Assembly: GCA_963825095.1 (NCBI GenBank)
Contig: CAWGRV010000008.1
Location: forward strand, 1-62,355
Length of the DNA stretch: 62,355 nt
Reading direction: 5' to 3'
DNA from: an uncultured Nitrosopumilaceae archaeon
GTDB taxonomy: Archaea > Thermoproteota > Nitrososphaeria > Nitrososphaerales > Nitrosopumilaceae
The notes beneath the pieces were generated by a model. It saw only the letters and a list, made by a program, of their open reading frames with translations. It ran no database searches and was not told the origin of the DNA. Numbering within the stretch: position 1 is the stretch's first letter; each line of letters begins with the position of its first letter. The position numbers and the translations under genes were made by a program. Positions 10,105 through 20,079 of the stretch are shown one piece after another.

Positions 10105-12062
10105 TCACTTTTTGCTGTATGGAGAATTGCTTTGATCGTCCATTTCTTTCAATTTATCATAGTATTTATTTCCAATAGTTGAAGACAAAGTAACCAAAAC
10201 AAATTTTTTACCCAAATGAATGTCTTTAAAAAAATGAGCATCAAAATAATCTCGAGCACCAACAAAGATAAAGTTTTTAGAATCAGGTTTATACAAATTT
10301 TCAATGACTTTAACATTGCCAAAATCTTTAAGAAAACTATAAGCTCGATTACAAAAATCACCATCTAAAGCCAACACTTTATTCGAATTCTTGATGATAT
10401 TTTGCAATAATTCAAAAGTATTTCTCTTTTCACTCTTTGAGAGTTGGAGATGAAAAATGATTACATAAGAGATTCGATTTCATCTAATATTATTAAATCA
10501 TAACTTGGGATATCAATTTCTAAGTTATCATCTACTTCTAAAGCAGTCCAATATTTTAGGAAGAGATTCTATTTGACAAATCAGTTTATCTGAACCAAAA
10601 TTTTTATCTAAGATAATTATCAAAACCAAAAATAGAAAAATTATGAAATATATCAAGAGTAAAACTTTGGCGATGAGAAACCCATAAAACTCTTTTGGGC
10701 TTATAAGTGGATATAATTTTCTTCACCATCGTTGTTTTTCCTGTTCCGTAGCAACTCAATATTCCGAGATGATTTGGTGTCTTTTCCTTGATACCAATGA
10801 ACTATGTTATTTATGACTTTAAAATTATCACCATGATTATTGTTAATTGAATTACATCTTGTTTCTCTGATCAAATGCTTTCTTTCTATTTTAATAGTTT
10901 CAAATAATTCCTTGATCTAAATTTTTTGGTAATTTGTTATACTTTTCCGGATTATCCAATTGCGCCAAATATTTTAAAGTCCCCATTTTTAAATTTTTCT
11001 TTTGAAACTTCGCCATTTAATAATACATATCACTTGGATCATATTTATCACTCTTTTTACTCCATTCATCCCACATATCCAAAGCATCACAATTACAATT
11101 AAATAGAATCATTCCTACCTGTAACCAATCATGATAATTGTCAGCTCTTTCAGCAGATAAGCATATCTAACAAATATTTTTGAATTCATCAAGGGGAATC
11201 TCTTTATTGGTATTTTTAAATTGTTCCTTTACTTCTTTTACAATTCTGTTTCTTAGTTTTTTTACCGCTAATAATTTCATTTACTTCATCCACATGAATC
11301 AATTTACTATTCGGTTTTATATAAGTGACTAAACAATCATAATAAAAACTCTTTGGTATCGCCATTGTATTCGTAATTAATAGCATAATCAAATTCTAAT
11401 TTGTTTTGTTTTCCCATTTTAGAATTCCATAACATCCTAAAACAACCATCTTTATAAATGGAGTGATCAAAAATATGTTTATCGACTAATGGATGTTTGA
11501 TTTGTTGCATGAATTCTTTCAGGTGATAAATATTTTCAAAATGTATAAATGGATAGATGATATGAGCTGATAATTTTTTTTTAGGATTATCACTTCTTGA
11601 GAACAATAACCGTTGGGTTTTCAATACCATATTTCAATAATTCAGTATTGATTAATTTAATAATCGCGGAAACCGTAACAGTATATAAAGTTTCTCTATC
11701 TGCATTTTTAGGGATTTTATCATTCGGATAATCCATATCAGCATGCAAAACGACTTGATTATTTTTACGATATTGTTCATAAATATGTTGAGTTTTATTT
11801 TTGATAATAGTATAAATAGTATCATAGTCGGCTAATATATAATATCTTCGCGCCTGATTTAGGCAGTTACATCTTTAGAGAAAAATGGCAGGCTTAAATT
11901 GTTTTCTTTTGCATAATCTAATGCGGGATCTTTTTTGATAAAAACATAAATTCGCGTTTGCTCCGGATTTTTTTTATCTATAGTAATTATGTGAGGAGTT
12001 TTATCTCCTACATCAACTACAGAACAATCTACACTACGAGCAGAGCTAAAGTTTTTAATCAT
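10105..12062 (-). pseudogene. decayed P-loop helicase-like gene (Walker A GYCGTGKTT, motif II IILDEIE) with primase/origin-binding-protein-like N-terminal region, broken by many frameshifts and stops
   Basis: There is no ORF longer than 100 aa across about 2 kb. Manual minus-strand translation, hopping frames, gives consecutive pieces: MIKNFSSARSVDCSVVDVGDKTPHIITIDKK...; ...DYDTIYTIIKNKTQHIYEQYRKNNQVVLHADMDYPNDKIPKNADRETLYTV...; ...HSIYKDGCFRMLWNSKMGKQNKLEFD...; ...CYGTGKTTMVKKIISTYKPKRVLWVSHRQSF...; ...IILDEIESL...; ...NKVLALDGDFCNRAYSFLKDFG.... Together these are consistent with one helicase gene of roughly 650 aa or more. Confidence 0.45.
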
Positions 12063-12878
12063 TTTTGGGTATATATATATATATCCAGAAATAATTTTTT
12101 TGATAGTAAACGTACTGAAAAAATAAAAAACTATATATTTTTATTTGATCGAATAATAAATGTGCGTTTTGCTTAATTTCCTTTTCCATCAGTTGTATCT
12201 TTTTGTATATGAGAAATCAATATAACCCTAAATCCGCACACATATATCTCAAAAAAGTTAATATATAATGTTTAACTTATTTCTTCTGATACCATCCACA
12301 TTTTACTTTATCAAAATATTTAAACAATTTATCTTCCATTCTTTCAAATGTTTCTTTATTGATATCTTTAATAATATCCAGTCGATCTATTCCAATAAAT
12401 TCTGTCAAATCATTTATTTCTTTCTTTCCGATATTTTTCAATATTTCATTAATAAACTTTAGGGCCATTTTATATTTATCCGAAGATTTATCGACACTTG
12501 TTATTATTAATTTTTGACCTTTTTTGATTTTTTTATTCTTATTATCAGAATATATTCTAAAATTATTAGGATGGTCTTGTCATCTAATTCATCAATTTAT
12601 CTTTGATGGTAGAAATCATTTGTTCTTTCTGCTCCATCTTTAATATTATATTAGATAAATTTATTTGTCTTTAGATTGCTTTTTGATAAAAATTAACGTG
12701 TTCAACATGAGTCCTCTTATATTAGACATTGCGTGACTTAAGTACGTCTGAATGTCCCGAAAAAATGGAATTACATTTTCATCATGCTGAAAAAACAGAA
12801 TTCATATCGCCACCACATTTCTTTACCATACTATGAATCTAATCATATATTTCAAAATTATCATTGCGATAGATAAAC

Positions 12879-13949
12879 TTATAAAACACTCTTTAAAATT
12901 CCATATTCATTCAATATTTTCGTCATTTCTTGGTATTGTTCTCGATTGAATGTGATCGAATAATTTGACGGTAATATTCCCTTTCTGAAACAATCTAAAA
13001 GATTACCAAATTGTGGTTCTATTTTTTGTTCCCTAGCTTCTTTCAACAGTTGTTTCATCATTGAACACTGCAAATAACATAGGGCATAGTAAAATCTCTT
13101 AATCGGTTCAATTTTGACAATGCCGGATGATCCAATCAACAGGGCAGGATAAAAATCATCAAACGGGAAAAAGATGGTTTCATCAATACCTATGTCTCCA
13201 AGGCTAGTCATCATTCTCTTTTCATTGATTCTTGAAAAACTATCGCCACATATTTCACAGTTTGTTTTTTGAATAGTTTTCCAACTTAAAAAACATTCAA
13301 TATGCACCGGTGCTGAACAATAGCAAGGACGAACCAATCTGTTTTTGGGAACAGAACATAGGCAATATTTACAAGCTTGGTCGCAAGATGTTTCTCCATA
13401 ATTTCGCAATAATGCGATCATCTCTGAAGCATTATCAATATATTCAAATCCTTCGAATTTACATTTATTGAGTTTTAAGTTAAGCCTTATGGCATTAAAA
13501 TCAAATAAATTTGATGTCATAGCATTCTTTGAATATCTTTCCAAATATTCATCGAAATTTGTTATCTTTAGACTTTTTAATTTATCCAGAAGTAATTTTA
13601 GAACAGCAAGACATTTATTAAAATTCAAACAGTATGGGTAAAATGTTTTACACTTTGTAACAATCGTTATCCCTAAGTCTATAACTTCAGAAGGAAGCAG
13701 ATTAAGTAAATCCTCTATGTCATTTGATTGAAGGAAAATGATAGAGATTAAAAATTTATTTCTAATGAATTTATTATTATTTTTAACCGTGACTGTTTTG
13801 AACTGACCTTGTTCCAAAGATTCTTGATCGATGAAATCTTTAACAAGATACGACCAAGGATAGGTATTATCTTTGAAAATAATTGTTTCAATCGAAGGAG
13901 ACTTCGAATTAATCAGATATTTATCATAAATGATATTTGGTAGTTGCAT
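12879..13949 (-). CDS. RING-CH (MARCH-type C4HC3) zinc finger protein
   Basis: CKYCLCSVPKNRLVRPCYCSAPVHIECFLSWKTIQKTNCEICGD fits C-x2-C-x10-C-x-C-x4-H-x2-C-x(n)-C-x2-C. 356 aa. Confidence 0.6.
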   Translation of the reverse strand: MQLPNIIYDKYLINSKSPSIETIIFKDNTYPWSYLVKDFIDQESLEQGQFKTVTVKNNNKFIRNKFLISIIFLQSNDIEDLLNLLPSEVIDLGITIVTKCKTFYPYCLNFNKCLAVLKLLLDKLKSLKITNFDEYLERYSKNAMTSNLFDFNAIRLNLKLNKCKFEGFEYIDNASEMIALLRNYGETSCDQACKYCLCSVPKNRLVRPCYCSAPVHIECFLSWKTIQKTNCEICGDSFSRINEKRMMTSLGDIGIDETIFFPFDDFYPALLIGSSGIVKIEPIKRFYYALCYLQCSMMKQLLKEAREQKIEPQFGNLLDCFRKGILPSNYSITFNREQYQEMTKILNEYGILKSVL

Positions 13950-14029
13950 TCTTCAAGTACTAGTAGAAATATAAAGAAAGAATAAGAATATCTAATTTCA
14001 AATTTTAAAATCTTGAACGAACATCGAAA

Positions 14030-15646
14030 TCAATCCAAAAAAAACTTATATTCTTCATTTGATAAAGTATCAATGACTCTCAACAAATCATATCCGAATG
14101 AAATAATAATTTTATTCAGAGTTCTGATTGATACTGAGATATTCTTAATGTCTTTCATTATCGGATCTATGTCTGAAATATATTTTGGTGTATTTTCAAA
14201 TTTACTATTATAAAACCTGATTATGTTCATGATTTCACTCTTATCTAATTGTTTGAAATCGAATTTGACAAATCTTGTTTTTAGTGATTTGAATGTTTCT
14301 TCATTTCCTTTCAAAATATTATCGAAATTATTACAACAATAGACGTAAATACATTTATATTTATTGTCTGTATCTACTAATTTAGTTAAATCACATAAAA
14401 ATTCTTTCATCAATGATATTTTTCGCTGTTCGATTTCGGAATTCATTTTTGGTTTAATTATCTTGATAGTTTGTTTTTTACCTTCGTTCTGTTCATTTTC
14501 TGCTTGAGAATTATTTTTTGATTCTAGAGAAACTTGAGTTTCAATGAATGTTTCGATATATTTATCTAATTCATCAATTATTATTAAATTAGGATTTTTA
14601 GGCATTTTAGTCTCAAAATTTTCTAAAATTAAGCTGTAAATTTTAGAAAATGGTATATCTGTGTACATCAACATATCTATAATGATAACAGACTCAAAGT
14701 AGTTCTGGTTATAACAATAATCAGCGAATCTTGTTTTCCCTAATCCTGGTTCGCCATTCAAAAGTATTGAAATTGGATAGTAATAATTTAATAATTCGGA
14801 AGTCCGGCAATATTCTTTTATTATATTAAATAGCTCAACAAAATTTTTAGTTGCATATAATATTTTATTTGCTTCTCTTTCTTTAAAAAGTATATTATTA
14901 TTATGCGAAACTTTCTTTGTGATGTTGTCGGTTATTAATAACTTGTTATTTTTGTTAATATTATCATTATCATGTAGTACCTTCTCGAAAATTGAATTGA
15001 AAAAATTATCATGAATACACTTTATGTATCTTATTCTAAAGACATAAATTCCTTTATTATCCGAATTATTCGATAACGAATAACTTGTCTTCTTTTCGGC
15101 ACACTCCAAAGAAATTTCGATCGGGAAAAACACTCCTCTATATTTTTTACTTTCAAATTGAGCGAGTGTGAAATCCTGAACGGCTCCCTTCTTGAAAAAA
15201 CTATAAGTCGTAAAAGTTAAATCAGAACCCGTCAACTCTTTACTTAATTGAATCAAAAGTTTAGTTGAAGAGACTAAGTGATTTTTGTAGCAGAAGTTCT
15301 TGTCATCTAAAGAATTTTCATTTACGATTAAATAATGTTCTGTGCTAATCATGCTGGAAATTTTATTTACTATGAATCGGAAAAACGATGTCAAGAATTC
15401 TCGGGGTGATGTTGTAAAATAAATAAGTGATAATATTCCGAACACTTGTAAGATTCCAAATGAAACAGAGTTGAAAGATATTCCAGCTTTTGAAACTTCT
15501 TCAAAAATTGCGAATATCCTTTGAAATATTATGTTATTTGTAAATAAGGTTCCCAATTCCATTTGAGTTAAATTTAATAATTTATTTACTTTATTTGGTA
15601 TTTTGTTCAAATTTTTGGGAAAAATATTTAGGCCAGAAAAAATCAA
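14030..15646 (-). CDS. P-loop NTPase (AAA+-like ATPase)
   Basis: Walker A LLNGEPGLGKTRF and Walker B NLIIIDELDKY within a 538-aa ORF. Confidence 0.6.
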   Translation of the reverse strand: MIFSGLNIFPKNLNKIPNKVNKLLNLTQMELGTLFTNNIIFQRIFAIFEEVSKAGISFNSVSFGILQVFGILSLIYFTTSPREFLTSFFRFIVNKISSMISTEHYLIVNENSLDDKNFCYKNHLVSSTKLLIQLSKELTGSDLTFTTYSFFKKGAVQDFTLAQFESKKYRGVFFPIEISLECAEKKTSYSLSNNSDNKGIYVFRIRYIKCIHDNFFNSIFEKVLHDNDNINKNNKLLITDNITKKVSHNNNILFKEREANKILYATKNFVELFNIIKEYCRTSELLNYYYPISILLNGEPGLGKTRFADYCYNQNYFESVIIIDMLMYTDIPFSKIYSLILENFETKMPKNPNLIIIDELDKYIETFIETQVSLESKNNSQAENEQNEGKKQTIKIIKPKMNSEIEQRKISLMKEFLCDLTKLVDTDNKYKCIYVYCCNNFDNILKGNEETFKSLKTRFVKFDFKQLDKSEIMNIIRFYNSKFENTPKYISDIDPIMKDIKNISVSIRTLNKIIISFGYDLLRVIDTLSNEEYKFFLD

Positions 15647-15715
15647 CTCAAAATATTGAAAAAATTATACAATAAATCGAGCGTATAAATAAATTACAAT
15701 ACTTGAGTATGAATC

Positions 15716-17335
15716 ATGGAGAACTATGTCACCGATCAAATACTCGGAATATACTTCATCCCGGAACTAGAATACCAAATTTTTGAGTACTTATCTCCAA
15801 TTGATGATTATAAAATCTTAGCTACAGTGAATAAATATTACAGAGATTTAATAACGAGTGATGAATTGTATAAACAATTAAAATATGTGTATGAAAAAAG
15901 GATAATCATTTCAAAAAAGGCACATTTATTACATTTAAAAGAAAATGATAATCGGGATTTCATTTTATCTTGTGCCGAAGGATATAAAGCAGCCGCAAAG
16001 TATTTTCTGAGTAAATCGACTACGAATATTCATGCTTTTGATGACCTGAGTTTTGTTTTGAGTTGTGAAAATGGATATTTAGAATTGTCTAAATTGTTAT
16101 ATGAATTTAGTGTGGAAAAAAAATCACTAATCAATATTCATACTACCGGAGGTTCTTATTTTTGGGCAGACGAAGCTCCGTTTCGGGCGTGCTGTAAAAA
16201 CGGACATTTTAAAGTAGCTAAATGGCTATGGGATCTTGGTAATAAACTCAAAGATCCGATAAATTTGCGTGCTGAATCCAGTTATGCTTTTAAATATGCC
16301 TGCGGGGAGGGACACTTAGAAATAGCTCAATGGCTATGGGACCTAAGTGATAAATTGAAGAATCCGACAGATATTCATGGTGGTTTTATAAACGCTTGTA
16401 GCAAAGGGTATTCAATGATTATCAAATGGTTATGGGAATTAAGCAATGAATTGAAATCACCGATACGGTTGGATTATAATCCTGAAGATCCAAATCGAAT
16501 TGGAATATTCGAAATTACATGTGGAAGCGGTGAACTAGAAGCAGCTCAATTATTATGGGAACTAAGCAATCATTCCATCAATATTCATGCTGGTTCTGAT
16601 GGCGCATTCGTACAAAGTATGAGTAACGGACATCTAGAACTAGGAAAATGGTTATTAAAAATTAGTCTGGAAACTAAGAGGCCCATCGATTTCCAACTAT
16701 ACTGTGATGATATATTTGCTACGAATTGCAAAAAGGGAAATATAGATGTACTTAAATGGATGTGGAAAGTGAATAGAAAAAAAAAATTATCCATAGATAT
16801 TCACTATCAATGTGAGAAACCTTTTCGGATGGCCTGTTCATATGGTCATAAAGCAGTCGTAGAATGGTTATTAAAGATTGAATCTGAAATAAAATCAAAA
16901 ATAGATATTCATGAAGTCGATGAATACGCATTTAGACACGGCTGCGGAAATGGGCATTTTCAAATTGTGAAATTGCTTATCAAAATATCGGAAAAAAGGA
17001 ATTCATTGATAAATATCCACATTTGGAACGAACATGCTTTTCGTGATGTTTGTGACCGCGGATATTTAAATATTGCAAAATATCTTTTGGAATACAGTAT
17101 AAAGATAGAATCTCTAATTAATATTCATCAAGAGCATGATTATGCTTTTCGTGTGAGTTGCCAGAATGGTCACCTAGAGATTGCTAAATGGTTATGGCAA
17201 CTAAGTGATGAAATTCATTCTCCTATTAAAATCGACCATGGACGAGATTATATCTTTTGGAGAAGTTTAATCCAAAGAACGGATGATGTTAGTGAATGGT
17301 TACAGTTAATCATTGAGAATCATGAAAAAAATTAA
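15716..17335 (+). CDS. F-box-like plus ankyrin-repeat protein
   Basis: N-terminal ILGIYFIPELEYQIFEYLSPIDDYKILATVNKYY (F-box-like), followed by at least 10 repeats of about 33 aa of the form xCxNGHLEIAKWLWxLSxxxxxPIxIH (ANK-like). Confidence 0.65.
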   Translation: MENYVTDQILGIYFIPELEYQIFEYLSPIDDYKILATVNKYYRDLITSDELYKQLKYVYEKRIIISKKAHLLHLKENDNRDFILSCAEGYKAAAKYFLSKSTTNIHAFDDLSFVLSCENGYLELSKLLYEFSVEKKSLINIHTTGGSYFWADEAPFRACCKNGHFKVAKWLWDLGNKLKDPINLRAESSYAFKYACGEGHLEIAQWLWDLSDKLKNPTDIHGGFINACSKGYSMIIKWLWELSNELKSPIRLDYNPEDPNRIGIFEITCGSGELEAAQLLWELSNHSINIHAGSDGAFVQSMSNGHLELGKWLLKISLETKRPIDFQLYCDDIFATNCKKGNIDVLKWMWKVNRKKKLSIDIHYQCEKPFRMACSYGHKAVVEWLLKIESEIKSKIDIHEVDEYAFRHGCGNGHFQIVKLLIKISEKRNSLINIHIWNEHAFRDVCDRGYLNIAKYLLEYSIKIESLINIHQEHDYAFRVSCQNGHLEIAKWLWQLSDEIHSPIKIDHGRDYIFWRSLIQRTDDVSEWLQLIIENHEKN

Positions 17336-17447
17336 CGCCCAGTATGCATGCGTGGAATTATTAATAAAAGAATGAAGGCGCTTAGACAGTGCATTGAGAT
17401 ATGAACATTGTATGCAAACCAATGCTCGGAACCATCGCCGCCGAGCA

Positions 17448-18953
17448 CAATGCTAGTAACTTAAGTAAATTTATTCATATTTTTTTTGATAATTTTAACA
17501 TTTTAATGGAAATGATTTCCTAAAATTTCATTTTTATAAATTTCAGAAAATTTCGCAAGAATTCTAAATTATTCATTTGGTCGGCTGTTGTACTTTCTTT
17601 CTGCAAAACATGAATACCTCCGGTAATCCGGCTGCCCATAAATTGATCATCTTATTACATTTTTATAAAAATGATAATGCATACCAATTTATGGGAAAAT
17701 AAAGATTATTTTTTTTCCACAGTGCAATACATGCGACCCTTACTACCCCATTTTGACCCCTTTGGTTTTTTCCTAATTCTCTTATGATGTCTGTTTTTTT
17801 GTATCAATGTAACGGTATCTTCTATTATTGATAATATTCTTAGGATTTTATTTATTCCCGTTTTGCGAGTATTGCCATAAAATAATGCATATAAGAGCTT
17901 CTTTACAAATTTCAGAGTATTCTTCCTGTTTATTTTATATTTATCGCAATTTATATTTTTCATAGCAATGTTTTCGAAAAAGCTATCAATAATAAAAATG
18001 AAATTATGTATAGCTATGTCCTGTTTAACTTTTCCAATTTCTTTTGATTCAATATCTTTCAAAGATAAATCATATTTAGCGTGTCTAAAATTTGTTTCGA
18101 TTTTCCATCGTTTCCAATATAAATCCATTAAAAAATTCATATCTTTATCTATCAATGTTGTTCCCAAAAAATAATCATTTCCATTAAGTTGGTATTTAAT
18201 TAGTTTCAACTTTATTAATGTTCCATCTATATTGATGTTTATTATTTTCTCTGAACAGTTACCATTTAGATGTTTTTTTACAATTGTCAGCGTTGAAACT
18301 AATCGAAATACAACATTTATGCCCTTTCCAATAAGTGTTCTAAATAATTCCTTACTAAAATAACCTCTATCCATTAATAAAACATCGCCAGGTCGAATAT
18401 ATTTTAATTGTCTTTTCAATATGAATCTTTCATCGGAAGAATCACTAATGGTATAATTGATGACCATTTCTTTATCGACATCATATAAACAACTTAACAA
18501 AGCGGTACAGTAATTTTGATTTTTGTCCAATTTAAATCCATTTTCACTAAGGGTAGCATTTAAGTTAATACCACTACCATCAACGGCAATATATCTTTTT
18601 TTATTATCTGCATATATAAAATCAATAAGTGATTGATTAAATATTTCAAAATGGGAATGATCAATATTAGATCGTTTATTAATAATGGCCGTTTTAGTTA
18701 CATTTAAAACATTCTTATATTTTAAAGACGAATTAACGATATCATAACTTAATTTCTCATTATTCTTACGGGAGAGAATATACACGATATCCTTAAAAAA
18801 AACCTTTCTCTTCCGTATCGAAGTGTAAAAATTCAAATCAGATAAAACTCGATTAATATAAATTTTAAAATTTTTAATGATTTTTATAGGGTCCATTAAA
18901 AATAATATATATAAAAAAATTAAAATTATAAAAAACTTAAGTTACCAGCATTG
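17448..18953 (-). mobile_element. IS4-family insertion sequence, copy 1 (1506 bp; 18-bp imperfect TIR CAATGCT[A/G]GTAACTTAAG)
   Basis: Left end caatgctagtaacttaag at 17448-17465; right end cttaagttaccagcattg at 18936-18953. The interior is about 99% identical to copy 2 at 40090..41595. No clean TSD here: the flanks cgccgagca and tgctgagcg are imperfect inverted GC-rich hairpin sequences. Confidence 0.8.
17706..18896 (-). CDS. IS4-family DDE transposase
   Basis: 396 aa. DDE residues lie in AVDGSG, LLMDRGY and KIETNF. LYWKRWKIETNFRHAK matches the IS4-family Y-(2)-R-(3)-E-(6)-K signature exactly. Confidence 0.85.
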   Translation of the reverse strand: MDPIKIIKNFKIYINRVLSDLNFYTSIRKRKVFFKDIVYILSRKNNEKLSYDIVNSSLKYKNVLNVTKTAIINKRSNIDHSHFEIFNQSLIDFIYADNKKRYIAVDGSGINLNATLSENGFKLDKNQNYCTALLSCLYDVDKEMVINYTISDSSDERFILKRQLKYIRPGDVLLMDRGYFSKELFRTLIGKGINVVFRLVSTLTIVKKHLNGNCSEKIININIDGTLIKLKLIKYQLNGNDYFLGTTLIDKDMNFLMDLYWKRWKIETNFRHAKYDLSLKDIESKEIGKVKQDIAIHNFIFIIDSFFENIAMKNINCDKYKINRKNTLKFVKKLLYALFYGNTRKTGINKILRILSIIEDTVTLIQKNRHHKRIRKKPKGSKWGSKGRMYCTVEKK

Positions 18954-19191
18954 TGCTGAGCGTAGGCTCAGTGAACGGAGTTCACTGGCTCCCCGAGCAA
19001 ACGAATGCAAAGTGAGCTTCAGCTCACCTTGCTGGCGCTCGATAATGCTGCGCATTCTCAAACTCCCAAAAAAGTTCGGGGAAGTTTGGCAAAAGCGAAG
19101 CTTTTGCTGAGCCGAAGGCTCAGTGAACTCCGTTCACTTGCTCGCAGAGCGAACGAATGCAAAGTGAGCTGAAGCTCACCTCGCTGGCGCT
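18954..19191. repeat. GC-rich palindromic repeat element (two partial tandem units) abutting the IS right end
   Basis: About 58% GC in a roughly 27% GC genome. Hairpins gctgagcgtaggctcagtgaacggagttcactg and gtgagcttcagctcac; a 44-bp direct repeat at 18997-19040 and 19149-19192. Related copies occur at 19757-19982, 35964-36156, 48021-48146 and 56620-56780. Confidence 0.7.
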
Positions 19192-19756
19192 CAATGCTGG
19201 TACCTTAAGGAAAAAGTATGTCAGTCTCCGAAAATATAATTGTTGTCTTCAACGACGAAAAGATCATCTCCGTCATATAAATCCGTTTCCTATCACACAT
19301 GAGTGCCACGCGATAGTACCATGCGATGGATGAATTGCATCAATTTGAATGATTCCACGCAAATAATTCCAACGCATGGTTCCTTCGCGTGAAATTCATA
19401 TTTTACTTTCTGTGACTTCCCAAAGCACTTCTGCCCTCGCCGCCATTCCTTCTTAATTTATTGTGAGGCCATTATTTGCAGTACTTTAAAGCCTCACATA
19501 AATCGCCCGCGCCAAAGGCGCATTAAGTATTTAATCCTTTTCCTATCACACATTAGTGCCGCGCGATAGTACCGTGCTTGAGATAAATTGCATAAATCCC
19601 AAGTGTTCTATGCAAAGAATTCCAATGCATGGTTCCTTCGCGCAAAATAAAAGAAAAGAACCGCTTAAAATAATGTTCATGTGTATCACTTTTAAAATGG
19701 AAAATTTCAAAAATTATTGGGCGTTTATCATACTTTTCCTTAAGGTACCAGCATTG
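19192..19756. mobile_element. MITE-like non-autonomous element (565 bp) with 19-bp perfect TIRs CAATGCTGGTACCTTAAGG and 10-bp TSD CGCTGGCGCT
   Basis: The left TIR at 19192-19210 is the exact reverse complement of 19738-19756. The flanks 19182-19191 and 19757-19766 are both cgctggcgct. The TIR differs from the IS TIR only at AAC versus ACC. The interior has no long ORF, a roughly 110-bp direct repeat (19279-19390 versus 19540-19650) and a hairpin tgtgaggc...gcctcaca. It is inserted inside a GC-rich repeat unit; the uninterrupted homologous unit is at 19021-19060. Confidence 0.65.
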
Positions 19757-19982
19757 CGCTGGCGCTCGATAATGCTGCGCATTCTCAAACTCCCAAAAAA
19801 GTTCGGGGAAGTTTGGCAAAAGCTTTGCTTTTGCTGAGCCTTCGGCTCTGTGAACTTCGTTCACTTGCTCGTAGAGCAAACGAATGCAATTCGTCGAACG
19901 GAGCGAGATAATACGCAGTATTATTATGAGTCGAGCATTAGCGAGGCGACCTTCGGTTCGCTGAAAAATTGACTCTCAGGAG
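19757..19982. repeat. GC-rich palindromic repeat element
   Basis: gcgctggcgctcgataatgctgcgcattctcaaactcccaaaaaagttcggggaagtttggcaaaagc... is nearly identical to 19030-19095. It continues with the ...gagcaaacgaatgcaa... and gagtcgagc...gagataatacgcagtattatt modules shared with the 48021 and 56620 copies. Confidence 0.65.
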
Positions 19983-20019
19983 CAATTTATTATTTCGCTC
20001 GTTAATTTTCGCAAAATAA

Positions 20020-20027
20020 AAAATTGA
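20020..20027 (+). promoter_or_regulatory. AAAATTGA early-promoter-like octamer upstream of the P450 gene
   Basis: Exact octamer 53 bp upstream of the ATG at 20080. Confidence 0.4.
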
Positions 20028-20079
20028 ATTCTAAAATTTAAAAATATACTATTTAATTATATAATAAAAATTCGAGACT

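Noticed and set aside
17415-17447. Treating the 9-bp flanks of IS copy 1 (cgccgagca / tgctgagcg) as a target-site duplication
   Set aside because: They are inverted, not direct, repeats, and belong to GC-rich hairpin elements. Only copy 2 shows a bona fide 9-bp TSD.
18877-19110. Small ORFs 18877..19110 and 19556..19837 sharing the peptide ...RSIMLRILKLPKKFGEVWQK...
   Set aside because: Both lie inside copies of the GC-rich palindromic repeat. Similarity is due to the DNA repeat, and there is no start or promoter context. Treated as non-coding.
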